Shown here piece after piece: positions 25,001 through 35,800 of a DNA stretch of 45,649 nucleotides. A program made the position numbers and the translations under genes. The notes under the pieces are model-generated. The model did not search any database and had not been told where the DNA came from. It was given only the letters and a program-made list of their open reading frames with translations. The DNA lies in contig ADNK01002747.1 of the NCBI GenBank assembly GCA_000320545.1, positions 1-45,649 on the forward strand. Direction: 5' to 3'. Every line of letters begins with the position of its first letter. Position 1 is the stretch's first letter. Source of the stretch: Bigelowiella natans CCMP2755 (Eukaryota > Protista > Cercozoa).

Positions 25001-25392
25001 GTCTTGTCCAGTAGCTCCGTTATCTGTCGGATGGTCTTGCCGGGGTTCTTCTTCCGTAGCTCGGTAGGTGTAGGTAGCTTGTTGTCCGCTAGGTCCATAA
25101 ACTCTAACGCATTAACGCTTGACTCAGAGGTCCACTCGTCAAGCCGTATCATGTTCTGGCTGATGGTCCTGCCTGACTTCTTTGGCAACTTAGCAAAGTA
25201 TATCTTGTGATTGTAGAATGATATGATCCCCCCTAATTTTTCTAGGGCATCCTGTCCGAGGAGTAGTTCCATGGATAAAGTCATGGCTACTCGGGTCTTG
25301 ATTTGGGTCTCCGCGTCGCTGCCAGGTATCTGTAGCTTTAGCATTAGCTCACCGACGGTCTTCATGGAAGAGCCCTCCGTCTGCTTGAGCAT
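22063..25392 (-). CDS. pol: Pol: protease C-half, reverse transcriptase, RNase H, integrase and C-terminal MTase-like extension
   Basis: RT: SLDKNESYMQ, PYGL, YVDD. RNase H: TDWS, TDHKPL, ADYFSR. Integrase: HGPAH...CRC, QID...VDNE...SNSKVERLHRTL. Confidence 0.95.
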   Translation of the reverse strand: MLKQTEGSSMKTVGELMLKLQIPGSDAETQIKTRVAMTLSMELLLGQDALEKLGGIISFYNHKIYFAKLPKKSGRTISQNMIRLDEWTSESSVNALEFMDLADNKLPTPTELRKKNPGKTIRQITELLDKTPPADDWDIDKGKKYINKILNEKYSDITKPTTKPSSKLTPVKIELKKGYEECIINDPEHRRPEADWEKIEWQINEWAKEGKIEPSNSPWNVRHVLAKKPTYPFFRLAHNFIRHNRVIKRIQTPTPRIDDVIEHVIGYKYYSSLDKNESYMQTPIHKTSRPITAFSSRHRKWHFVVFPYGLSISGDAFSSQNYRAYTHDGMASVLWVFVFVYVDDDIICTNTVVAQIFLLENIFIRFAHFGFTIRLQKCTFLATRIKWCGYYLEQGRITPNPEKVAALQQAPKPKNAKELKSFLQTAAWILRRFSPTYARTAAAFTTAYRKENSVGLSFAKVWAKAGLDAHFDNLIKLCSNTLLNAKLDTTRPATLWTDWSKLGMAAVLTQDQQIIRVWGRACTAAEAKYSPTKGEYKAMTEAQRKLRYYLLSVPSFTLMTDHKPLLGIDRKLEAPNDEYAAMRADTEEFRDKRTVVYAPGDKQLADYFSRLFEKKVPTQVTPMVNAITFEDGDFLPEPEELQHLQEHLDKYKHKHEVLSDRIYVYTNNVRRTYVPRRTRGALLFTAHGPAHVGENHITALLYHYYWPYKLKEIRTYLRGCRCSSLKAAGVATKESSKSRASKKIKARNFLDIVQIDVYKYDGYHYLTFVDVATGKCWVKKIIKVNVAKKNKGLYKQRLTNCYRTWESELQAIPDEVSINKIPKKLHVDNETSLLQLPHPNIDASPVYYAQSNSKVERLHRTLANLSRINSTTPDKIQGLVNDTFTSGGGIKDKEREEGDDNDDDTESEDEKVPYDGRVLKEGQYVRAKVNLRSRNKQDPFWGGVAKVTERKGRKQYYIYDGNRVTLRHISHLKNYDIGEKLLEDVKVNPTVWERAMPCLGPRPKFDVEYGNNKVRVNDDWRMKIVYLGYPGLRNMERVAMKIKDGKYQLLYLAVPDLPFEHWYKVLGDLDAEGWYGHEPKDEGEFWVSDKGDKVREESITWWLVKFRKR

Positions 25393-27037
25393 ATTTACGT
25401 TCTTTCTTAGTCACTTGATCCAATAGTCCTAACCTTCTTACTGTGCTTAGGCTTATGAAGGACTTCGGCATGCTGCCACTATCCCAAAGGGCAGGTAGTT
25501 TCTTGTAGTCTCCGTAGCTGTCTTTAACTTTAACCTTGGTCATAGCAACTTTGATAGTCCTGTTAGCGTCTTCGTCATTAATGTTGCATACTCCTAAGTT
25601 CTTTATGTCGTCTAGGGTCACGGGCTTGTCTTGGTCCTGCGTTGCTGGTACTGCTGTCTTCGTCGGCGCCTGCTTAAGGTGATCTAATATTCCGTTTATC
25701 TGCTGCTGTATAGCATTGATACTGTTCTGCTTTTTGTTCTTATATTTATTGTTCTTCCCGTTGTTGCTGCCTTGCCATTTGCTGTTGTTATATCCTTGTC
25801 CTCTGCCTTTCTTTCTCTTTAACTTCTCGTAGTGTTCGTTGAGCTGCCTGATCGTCATCCTGGGTCGTCCTTCTTTCCTGTCTCTGCAGTCTTTAGCGGT
25901 GTGTTTCCCTTTACGTGAGCAGTATCCGCAACGTCGGTTACCTTCCCTGTCCTTGTACCAGTCTCGCTGCGGCTTAATAGCGTTAATGTTTCCTATGCCA
26001 GGTACCTTAGGGCTGGTAAACTTGCGGTCCTGCTCCTGCTCGCGTAGGGATATAGCCTGCACTGCTGCCTCCATCGTGGTGTAGCCTTTCTCCGTAACGT
26101 AAGTGGATTCCTTTATCTTTAACTTGAACTCTTCAAACCTTGCCTGATCATCACCTGTGTTGTAATTAAAATCATGTAGTTCGTCGATCATATCCTGGAA
26201 GCGCGTGGCAAAGTCTCTAACAGGTTCTCTCTCATGCTGCATCATTGCTCTGTATTTTCTAATAGCCTGGGGTAGGGAGTTAGCATCCTGTTCATTTACA
26301 AAAGCCTTCATTATCGCCTCAACGTCTCGTAGCCCACTAACTGTAGTGTGTATTTTCTCTAGCTGCCTGATCCGGGTCCTGCCTGTCTCGTAAAGGTCCA
26401 TGGCTTGCTTTATTATAGCTAGCCATTTGAGCTTGTCGTTTTCGGTGGGGTTAGGGGTAAAGTCGCAGAGTATACTCCTAGCGTTCTTCCACCACCTCCT
26501 TGCCTCACCTCTTTTCCCGTTGTATTTCGTTATCATAACCGGTGCTGTTTTAACAGACATGAACTGGGTGTTCCGCTGTACCGGCTGCTGCTGCTTGACG
26601 GTGCTCTGGGTCGTCCCCCGCGAGGCGCCCAGACCCCCGTCGTTCCTAAACAAAGCTGCCCACTCTGGAGGTAAGTCTGCTTCGTAATCCATGATGTCCT
26701 GCATGATAGCTGCCCAAACATCATGTGTCTGATACTTGTATTCTATCGATACTTTCAGTTTGGCGTAGTTGCTCGCCCTGGGTCGCAAGGCTCGTAATGC
26801 CATTACGACCTTCTTGCTTTCGGCGGCCACGTCCTCGTCGTCCGCCTCGTAGAAGTTCTCCAGTGCCTCTGCTGCTGCATCTGCTTTCTTAATCCCGGGT
26901 GCTGGTCCCGGCGGTGCCTGTGGAGGTGTTCCTCCTCCTTCCTTAGCGTCCGTATCGCCCTTCCTTTCCTGTTTCTGCTCGTGCCCTTGCACGGCCTGCG
27001 AGCCAAAGTCCTGCTGTTCTTCTAGCTGCTGTGACAT
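25349..27037 (-). CDS. gag: Gag with zinc knuckle plus N-half of aspartic protease
   Basis: 562-aa ORF starting 40 nt after the 5' LTR. It has an MHR-like QHEREPVRDFATRF, the knuckle CGYCSRKGKHTAKDC, and the protease active site ALWDSGS near the C-terminus. Confidence 0.9.
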   Translation of the reverse strand: MSQQLEEQQDFGSQAVQGHEQKQERKGDTDAKEGGGTPPQAPPGPAPGIKKADAAAEALENFYEADDEDVAAESKKVVMALRALRPRASNYAKLKVSIEYKYQTHDVWAAIMQDIMDYEADLPPEWAALFRNDGGLGASRGTTQSTVKQQQPVQRNTQFMSVKTAPVMITKYNGKRGEARRWWKNARSILCDFTPNPTENDKLKWLAIIKQAMDLYETGRTRIRQLEKIHTTVSGLRDVEAIMKAFVNEQDANSLPQAIRKYRAMMQHEREPVRDFATRFQDMIDELHDFNYNTGDDQARFEEFKLKIKESTYVTEKGYTTMEAAVQAISLREQEQDRKFTSPKVPGIGNINAIKPQRDWYKDREGNRRCGYCSRKGKHTAKDCRDRKEGRPRMTIRQLNEHYEKLKRKKGRGQGYNNSKWQGSNNGKNNKYKNKKQNSINAIQQQINGILDHLKQAPTKTAVPATQDQDKPVTLDDIKNLGVCNINDEDANRTIKVAMTKVKVKDSYGDYKKLPALWDSGSMPKSFISLSTVRRLGLLDQVTKKERKYAQADGGLFHEDRR

Positions 27038-27053
27038 TGTTAGTCAAATCGTT

Positions 27054-27071
27054 TCCCGTGTGTGGAAGCCA
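27054..27071 (-). promoter_or_regulatory. Primer-binding site
   Basis: Minus strand TGGCTTCCACACACGGGA starts after a 5-nt spacer from the 5' LTR. Its complement TCCCGTGTGTGGAAG-CCA resembles a tRNA 3' end. Confidence 0.65.
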
Positions 27072-27076
27072 AAGGT

Positions 27077-27402
27077 TGTTGCGCGTAAGGTGTTCACAGG
27101 CCGAGGCGCTACGTGCACAAGTAGGCAGGGGGGGGGAAAGGCACGTTTGCTTCCTTTTGAAGAGTTGTGTTTATTTTTATTAAAGATTATATTTTTATTA
27201 AATCGTGCACTGCGTAATCATTCGCGAAGCTTTCGCGAATGCCGCCGCACGTGGGGCAGCACACTTCCGGTGTGCTGCCATGAGTCCCGCCGGAACCCAC
27301 GTGCCTATGCTGTATTAATATCTACGTTATCTATATTCTATATCCGCGACAACCCCTTTGTTGTCGCACGTGACTTGTGCCCGCGTAGTGGTACGCGCTA
27401 CA
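27077..27402 (-). repeat. 5' LTR
   Basis: Matches 21686-22011, including the 9-G run. Confidence 0.95.
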
Positions 27403-28677
27403 AACAACGAACACCAGAACAATGAACGATGATGAAAAACTGCACTTCCAAAGTGTGACGAGACATTTGCAATGTGCGAAATGCAGTGCCTCGAACTGGC
27501 TTCAGCGAGGACTGACTTGAATGCATCCCAACTAGCAGCCGAATCTGGAAATGACGACGACGCAAAGCATCCTGAGCACACTCCTTTTGTGCTTCCCTGT
27601 GACTCCACAGCTAGCTGCGATGGCTGCACACCATTGTCGCAGCTCCCAAAACACCCAAAATCGTCCGTTTCAAAAGCGCATTCTTGGAAATCTCTCGAGG
27701 GATTTTGGACGTTTTTCAGCTGTTTTTCATTTCGATCTTGCCTGCTGCTCCACACACAGAGCATTTGATGGCTGCGACGGGATGAGGGGGAGAGGAATCC
27801 CGAGGAATCAGCGCACGAATGTGGTTATTTGAAAGGAGATTTTGATTATGCGATTAGACAAATATGATGTCGCTAATAAAAATTCACTGACACGGCTCTT
27901 CCTCCGGGCCAAAAGAAGTCGTGTAGGGTACCCAAAGAAGAAGATTTTATTTTTCACGTGTACATGCCTAAATACCTAAATTGTATATAAACGACAACAA
28001 AGCTAGGAAGTCTCTGTTCTGAGTACTGGTACTAAATTTCAGGCGCGTTTTTTCGTTTTCAAACCCAATCGAACTGTTGAAAGCCGGTTAGAATTCCGGG
28101 AATTATACTGTTTAATTCAAATTGTCCTCTATTTTAGTTCGTTTTATCACAATCTAGCCAATTTTCATTCAAAGTTGCCCAGAACCCAAGCAGAAGAAAA
28201 GGTATTACGGTTGGGAATGGGAGGATGTGTACCACGTAGTGAATAGGGCCTTCGGGGGGGGGGACAGAATGGAAAATGCTGAAGAACATGCAAGTCTAGT
28301 TCAATATTAGTCTCAATAGTGTTCCTTTGTTGGCGGTGTTATCCTTTGACGGAGAGAGTCGTTGTTGAGGTCGTTGGCCAACCTCAACTCGCACCCCACT
28401 CGTTGTTCTTACCTGCTCACTCACAATCCCCTTTTGAACCGAACAGAAGCATTGCAAAAAGATGACAATATTTCTATATCGTGATAGCATTTTTGAGTAA
28501 CAATTTCGCCCTCTCCTCTCTCGTGCATGTATCACATACAGCCCTTCAGTGAATACTGGAACCTGATTCGGACGTAGATTCGAGTAGACCGCAGACGAAA
28601 GAGTACGACGGACTGGTGGCCCTTCCCCCCTGCCCTCCTTAACAAACCCATCCGACCCGCTTTCACTAGCTTCAAGG

Positions 28678-28838
28678 ATGGGAGCACAGCCAAGCTCGAA
28701 CGACACGCCGGCTGGTGCTGCTATTCGGACTGCTGACCTGGACAGGATGTGGTGTTCTAACATATTCCAGCAAATGGATCTTGATCGCGACGGGGAGGTG
28801 GCACCAAATGAGGTACGAGACCGCTATTTCATCTTATA

Positions 28839-28895
<57 letters not shown>

Positions 28896-30231
28896 AGTCT
28901 TGCTAAACTATCCTAATTCACGGAAAATGTGCTCTCTTTCCGTTTCTTTCCCAGATTAAAGCAGTGATTAGAGCATGCCCCGATAACAACCCGCTCTGCG
29001 ACTTTTTGAAAGAAGAAGCGAGCACTCGTCAGGAGTCTTTGTCAAAGTGGGACTTTTGCAACTTATTCTCTGGGTATGTATGACGCGGCAAAGAACCGCG
29101 AGGGCGATGATGATATATGATGCTTATGATGATGGTGCTGTTTCGATATCTAACCATCATTTCGTTGTGATGATGGAACAAACCAGATCCGATGATCTAG
29201 ACTATTGGTTCAGAATTTGAGAGTGAAAAAAGTATCCGAAAGAGCGAGTGAAAAACAATGGTGTTGCTGCTGAAGTTGTCAGCAGATCGATTTTCGGCAC
29301 GAGCACTTGCCCAGACCCCCAATCACACATTACACCATGTTTCTCACTTACCTTTTTTGCCGTGTAGGTACATAAAGGTGGCAGGTGACCCTGACGAGTT
29401 CACGTATCGTAGGGTAAAAACCTGGCTTGAAACGTTGGAACGATGCATGGAAAGGAGTGCGCAGGTTTTGTTCTGACGTCCTCGCTACTACTCTTTGCCG
29501 CTGGCTCATTTCATATCCAAATTTGTAAAATACCCCCTTCTCTACCCTCCACACTCTCCCCCTCCCTCTTCTTGCGTTAGCTCCGCATTTATGAGATGAA
29601 GTCGATACAGAAGACTATTTTCAAGGCGATGGATGTTGAGGGGAAGGGCAAACTGGAAGTGAAAGATCTTCGCACCTACATGGACTTTGTCAAGGACCCT
29701 TACAATATCATTAGGACTTTCGCTCAAAGGTATTGCCTCTGCGCCCCCCGTCGAGTCCCCAGAAGTCTTTCTTCCGCTTCCCGCACTCTTGCTCTTCTAA
29801 GTGCAAGATAAAAGGCTTTTGATTCGCTGAATATTTCTCAGTGCTCACCGGCGTTCGTTTCACTCCCCCCCATCCCCCCTCGCTTCTTTTCTCTCTTCGC
29901 AGGTACAACTACATGAAGATCTCGCAAGAGGAGTATATGGATGCCGTGAACACATACGTTGAGAACCACGGGACTCCCCGCAAGTGCCACATAGAGGACG
30001 TCCGAGAGGTACGGAAGCTGCCGATTGCGCGTTTGTCGGAATTTTCTCAACACACAAATCGCTGTATTCGACGACATTTCTTATTTCCTAAACTACGCAC
30101 ACATCCAGGATCTCATCCAGATCTCCGCTGAGAATAGGAGGAGGATGGTGAACCACCTGGGAAAGGCATGGAATCAAAGCTGCGGTCTCTTGCGAGGATT
30201 CTTTTCTCATAGCTTTGGCTGCGGTGCATAA
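28678..30231 (+). CDS. N-myristoylated EF-hand calcium-binding protein, 6 exons
   Basis: MGAQPS (Gly2, Ser6). EF loops DLDRDGEVAPNE and DVEGKGKLEVKD. GT-AG exons join in frame to TAA at 30229-30231. Confidence 0.8.
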
Positions 30232-30290
30232 TGATGAGATACTTCTATGTAATACGCATATATGCATGTACGGTGAAGATAAATATTTAT

Positions 30291-30327
<37 letters not shown>

Positions 30328-30399
30328 GTGTTAGGTGTCAGTATATATGTAATATTGCCCATTGCATGGTATATGTGACGTATGATATCAGAATACATC

Positions 30400-31320
30400 T
30401 TCAGCTGATAAAATTCTAGTGTGCAATACAGCACTGATATGAAATCTTGTAAATACACTTCATAATAGATATCGTCGTGATAAAAGAGAATAAAAAACGT
30501 GCATGCTGCATGTGAATATGTCTAGATATACGTGCGCGCAATGCGCTGCAGCTACAGTGAGAACATTCATTGTAAAATAGTGTGCGATAGATGTTGGAAT
30601 GATTTGCGCTAAATGCACAAAGAGACTTCATGAATTTAATTGATTGCATAGTACTAGTTAGCCCTAGAGCGTGCAATGCACACATTTGTCACATCATTTG
30701 CATCAAACTATTTCAATGGGTGAGTGGTGCATGTCTGCTGGCACAGCATGATTCAATCTGAATGTCAAGAGATGTTTGTCACGTCAATTTGTGCTTGAAA
30801 TCGGTGCGGTCGAAGTTTTAACGTGTGCAAGAATGTGTGGCCACAATGTGCAGGCGCAGCTACTCTTGCATCCACAATCACGCATGTGAGACTAAGCATG
30901 CACAATGACACACACACGTGTCTCTAGCCTTGCATCTAACACGCACAGTCGTCAGGTGTCGCTAGCTAGCTAGATCGCAATTATCTCAAGCGCTGATGGG
31001 CACAGTGCACAAGTGGCTGTTTTTCATTGACGTTGACCGATCATGAGCATTCCACCATGGCCAGAATGTCTAGAGATGTGCACAGCAGCATCTGCTAGAC
31101 ATGCGACGTGCACTGCAACAAGCTAGCAAGCACTGCACTAGTGCAATGTAGCAATGTTTCATGATTCTCCATTCAAAGTTGATGGTCGTCCATGTGAGAA
31201 CGCACCGCCTCATTGCTTTGCATCGCGTTCCATGACCACAACACAAAGTGGCGCATTGTTGTATCGTTGTGTAGTTGTGCTCAAATGTTCTCATGCACAG
31301 CTCACCTAACAACTTGATGA
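30400..31320. other. TGCA/CATG/CTAG-rich intergenic block 4, between convergent 3' ends
   Basis: Dense tgca/catg/gtgcac words and gctagctagctag at ~30961. No credible ORF. Confidence 0.7.
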
Positions 31321-31327
31321 GGTTGTT

Positions 31328-32069
31328 CTACTTTCTCAAAATAAATTTTTCCAGAAGTACTTTTCCTTCTTCAGCATCAAGGGATTTCAATGCAGATTTG
31401 ACACGTGGCACAAGGTTCAGTAACTGCAAATCCGACCTGTGGTTATCATGCTGTTTCAAATCAAATGAATCTTGGTGTCAATGCATCTGAGATCTTACTT
31501 TTGTTTTTTAAATTTTTGAACTTCATCTGCGCTCTTGGACAGCATTGTTGTAAGAGAATTTCTATTTGCGGCAAGATTCCTATTTTTTGCTAAAATTTGC
31601 TCTCTGAGGTCCTTTTCCTCAATTTGCAAACGGTTTAGGGTCATTCCCATCGCTGCAACTTTCTGCTTTATATCACGAATGTCATTTTGAGCCTGTTTGA
31701 TATCCTCACGAAGAAGACCCTTCAATTGATCATGTATTATGTACAAATTACAAAATTTAATATCTCAATTAAGAAACTAAAGTTATTACTCACACGAATA
31801 GCTTCTGCTTTTTGCAGCTCTCTTTCTTTCTGTCTTTCTCTCTTTTGAAGAAGATTTATTTGATCATATATCTCTTCTGTAGCTCGAGCAACTTCATTAA
31901 TGTCGTCGTCGTCTTCTTCAGTAAAGTCCACTAACATAGAGCCTTGCATATGTTTATTGAACGGACCAGCTTTGGAAGATATCGATACCGCTGACGATGA
32001 GTTGCTTCCAGTTGAACTGGCAAAAGGTACCATAGACGATGTTGCATTCATAATTTGTCTGTAATTCAT
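31328..32069 (-). CDS. Coiled-coil protein of unknown function (>=3 exons; 5' end uncertain)
   Basis: Exons ...INLLQKRERQKERELQKAEAIR / ...REDIKQAQNDIRDIKQKV...KFKKQ / SDLQLLNLVPRVKSALK...ILRK-TAG(31328-31330) with short GT-AG introns. Confidence 0.6.
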
Positions 32070-32848
32070 GTATGTAACATATCACTTCATCGGTAGAATG
32101 ATCAACAATTCAAATTCTTTATTATTCATAAGAGCGCAACAATGCGGTGGGGAGGTTTGATTCCACTCCAACAGAAAGAAACAACCCCAACAAGCTTCAA
32201 ATTCGATGATCAAGAGTTCAAATTCGTAGTGAGAACATTCCGAACACCCCATTATTTCTATCCATCTATTGTATTTATGAATAAAGCAATTCTTCTGCAA
32301 ATCGCGTGGCAACGCGAGGGAGTTCATGGAGTTCATGATCACTTCGTTTCAATTCTGGAAGTGAGGTAGATCCAGGTACGATCTTTGTTACCGCACATGA
32401 ACTCCAAGTTTGTACCGAATTGCAGGGCATTGAGCGCTAATTTGAACATTGTGTGCTTCTTTCGTCTCTTTTTGCGCATCGATGGTGAGAATACAATTGT
32501 TTGTGAAGTATTTGTTGTGCGAAATCTGTCATTCAAGGTGATTTTTTGATCGACGAGAAGCGAACCCGAAATTTCGACTCGAAAACGGCATCGATTTTGA
32601 GAATACGCTTTCTTTAGACTAAATAAAGTGCTCAACGCTCTACTACGTACCACGACGTAGGGTGGAAGCAGCGCAAACCCAACAATTTCCTGCCTGCGAC
32701 TTAGAGGATACTTCCGGATGCAATAAGTCAAGATCAGTGGGAAAGCTGAAATCCCCTCGTATTTCGTTCTGCGACAATCATGTTCGGAGGTTCAGAACTC
32801 ATTTGAGTGAATCCCCTCACCTAATCAACAGGAGGAGATTCAGGAAAA

Positions 32849-35800
32849 ATGGGATCCCAGCTGAGCAGAAGACGGAAGCAACGGGTCTGTGGAAATCTCA
32901 TTGCATCTAGTGATACTTACCACAATTCTAAAACCTTTGGTTTATTCAAACATAGAAAGCAAAGGACCAACTCAAAGGGAGAAGAGCAAGTGTGCCATCG
33001 AAAAATGAAATAATAGAGGATGAAGTTGCAGAATTTGCATTTACATTGGCAAGAAGTATACCTAAGATGGAGGAGGAGGTCAAAGAACTAGAGGTTATAA
33101 CATTTTTTTTGTAATTGAACTTGTACATATGGTTGGGATTGACGATTGACAACACAATTTGAAAATATATGGCAGAACCAGGCAACTGCTGACAATGCTA
33201 AGACACAAGATGTTAAAAAGAAGATAAAAGCGTTGAAAGCTAAATGCACAAATCTCGACGTAGGTATTTTGGTCAGGATTTCATTTTTCACTAACAACTT
33301 CAAATGTCTCAGAACAATATGAAAGGCTTCCTTGAAACAAAAACAAAGGGCAAGGTTCATACCACTAAGGATTCGAAATGTATTTTATTTCACGAAGAGG
33401 TGCTTTTTACATAGCGTTCTTCATCCGTTGCAAGTTTGATCAAAGATGAACTAGAAGCTGCAAAGCGTCTGGAAAAAATTCTAAATAAATTAGAAGAACT
33501 TGAACAAATTAAAGAAGTTAGCAAGACTGACTCAAAGCAAAGAGAAACAATCACAGCAAAGGCAAAGGATGAAAAAGACAAGACACTCAATCATCAATCA
33601 ATGTCTCCGGAGGGGGAGCCGTATGTAGCGTCGGAGGAAGAGGATAAAAAGCTGAGATCCATGTGGAAAGAAAACAGTGAACTATTCGTCAAATTTGAAA
33701 GGGTACTTATCTTAAGGCTGATGTTCTGATGTTCTGATTACTTATCCGACAAGTTTCTAATGTTCAGTATGGATGGATTACTGGGAAAGTGATGAAGATT
33801 TCTCTCGTACGATGAATTTGAATTATAATTTATGAAACATTGAACCTTTTATTATGTTATCAAACATGACTAGGATTCGCAAGGCGAGTGGCTACAGGTA
33901 GGAAGGCCAGGAGCAAAGAAAGATGTAAGTCGAAATAGCAGTTTTGTCAGACCTATCCTTTCTGAAGATATATTGGAGCGGCTAGGCGTAGTAAAGGTTT
34001 CGACAACAACAAAATATTCGTCAAGGGTATTGTGTTCATCCAAAACATATGTGTTTCTACATCACAGCCCGAAGCTCAGGATAATGATGCTGGAGAATTT
34101 GATACCAATAGTGGAGAAATAAATACAGAGAGCAAACAGCAAGAGAAACCTGTGCCCGGAGAAGAGACTGAGAGAAAGGAAAAACAAAAATCTGATGATA
34201 CCAGAGATAGCCATTCCCCACCTCTTATAGATCCAACTGAGTTTGATAGCCCTGTAACATCGACGTTACTATCTCCGAGGGCGGCAGCTAGATCTGTGAG
34301 CCCCGCGAGCACAGCTAGAGAAAAAGCATTGAGCGGGCTAAAATCAAAGGTATGTGGTCCTCAAGTGTGTTACATTTACTATAACTTAGTTTTCTGACAA
34401 CAGGTTGAGAGTGGGTCAATTAAGAATCTCCAAATGATAGAGGAGAAGCATGCGCAGGTAAATATTATTCAGATAAATGTTGAAGGAACTGTAACTAGAG
34501 ATTCTACATTATTGTTTTGAAAGTTTGAGTTAGTCTTCGCTCTTCTACACGGGCTTAAGCACAGTGTTGTCAAGTAACTAATCTTCTTTCAAGCTACATC
34601 GTTGCAGTTTATTATTAAGGTCTGCATACATTAGGACTAGAAAAGAAGCAGAAACCACATCAAAATTATGCAAAGAATACGAGGTAATCGTTTAGCTTTG
34701 ATCAATTGATCGTACCAACGCACCTACAGAGTCCTACATTTCTAACAGAAATTTAACTTTTCTCACTCTGTTCGGGGAGTTGGAATCCCGCTTCCTGGCC
34801 ATATTAAACTGAGAGGCTTCGAGTTTAAAGTGTATGCCCCTAGGGTATTCAACAATGTACGAAAAGCAATGCTTGTTAATGACATCGATTTCTTCTCTTC
34901 TATCTGGTAAGCAACGAGATTCGTAATAGCAATAAGGTCGTTAAGTCTTTCACCTTGACTGTTATTATTGATATATTTAGTTTCAACAGCTACGTTGAAT
35001 TCATATCTAATTCAAAAAGTGGAGCTTTCTTTTATTACTCGAATGACGGGAAGTATATGATCAAGACAAGTATTTTTCTCACCTGACTTCCCATCTTCCC
35101 AATATAATCTCTTAGCATGATTTTTTAAAAATCTTCAGTTGAACAGGCCGAGGCAAAATGCCTCATTGAATTACTTCACGCCTATTCTAAACATCTCAAT
35201 GTAAAGATTTTATGTATAATAATATGTCATTATTCAACTTATGTTTGTACTGCAGGATAATCCTGAATCAAAATTGTGCAAGATATATGGACTTTATCGT
35301 CTTTCTTTAAGTAAGATAAGAATATGCAGTCGACAATGCAGCTCTATTTGTATCGCTATCTTCTATTATGAGCATCACATATCTACAGATCATTCGCTAC
35401 CGAGGATGGGCGGGCGCAAAAAGTTTTATTTTATAATTATGGAGTCGGTTTTCTACACAGCGCGATACATTCATTTGATATATGACCTAAAAGGTATAAT
35501 GATGCTGAGTCTTGGTTGGTATGTATTCGAAGATGTAGTAAGTTGAAACCATTTGATTATCACGCATATTAGGGTCAAGTTATCGACGCGAAGCAACTGA
35601 CAAAGACATAGATAGGGATCCCACACAAAACTTTACATGCACCGTCTTGAAGGTTTTTACTGCCGTTTATCTCCCTTTAGCTACAGAAACTATTAGTCGA
35701 AGAAAGTATCTTGCGCACGTATCTCTTCTCTCTCAAATTTGCAATTCAAGAACCCTTTAGCTGCAAAGCTGCAAATTATTTAGTGATTCCTTCCATCCAT

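Larger units (their letters stand above)
21686..27402 (-). mobile_element. Full-length Ty3/Gypsy LTR retrotransposon, recent insertion
   Basis: Two 326-bp TG...CA LTRs with no difference found by eye, a 4-bp TSD AACA (21682-21685 and 27403-27406), PBS and PPT, and gag-PR-RT-RH-INT order. Confidence 0.97.

Noticed and set aside
22610-26687. + strand ORFs within the retrotransposon, or a possible env gene
   Set aside because: These are shadows of gag/pol. There is no room for env, since Pol ends ~50 nt from the 3' LTR.
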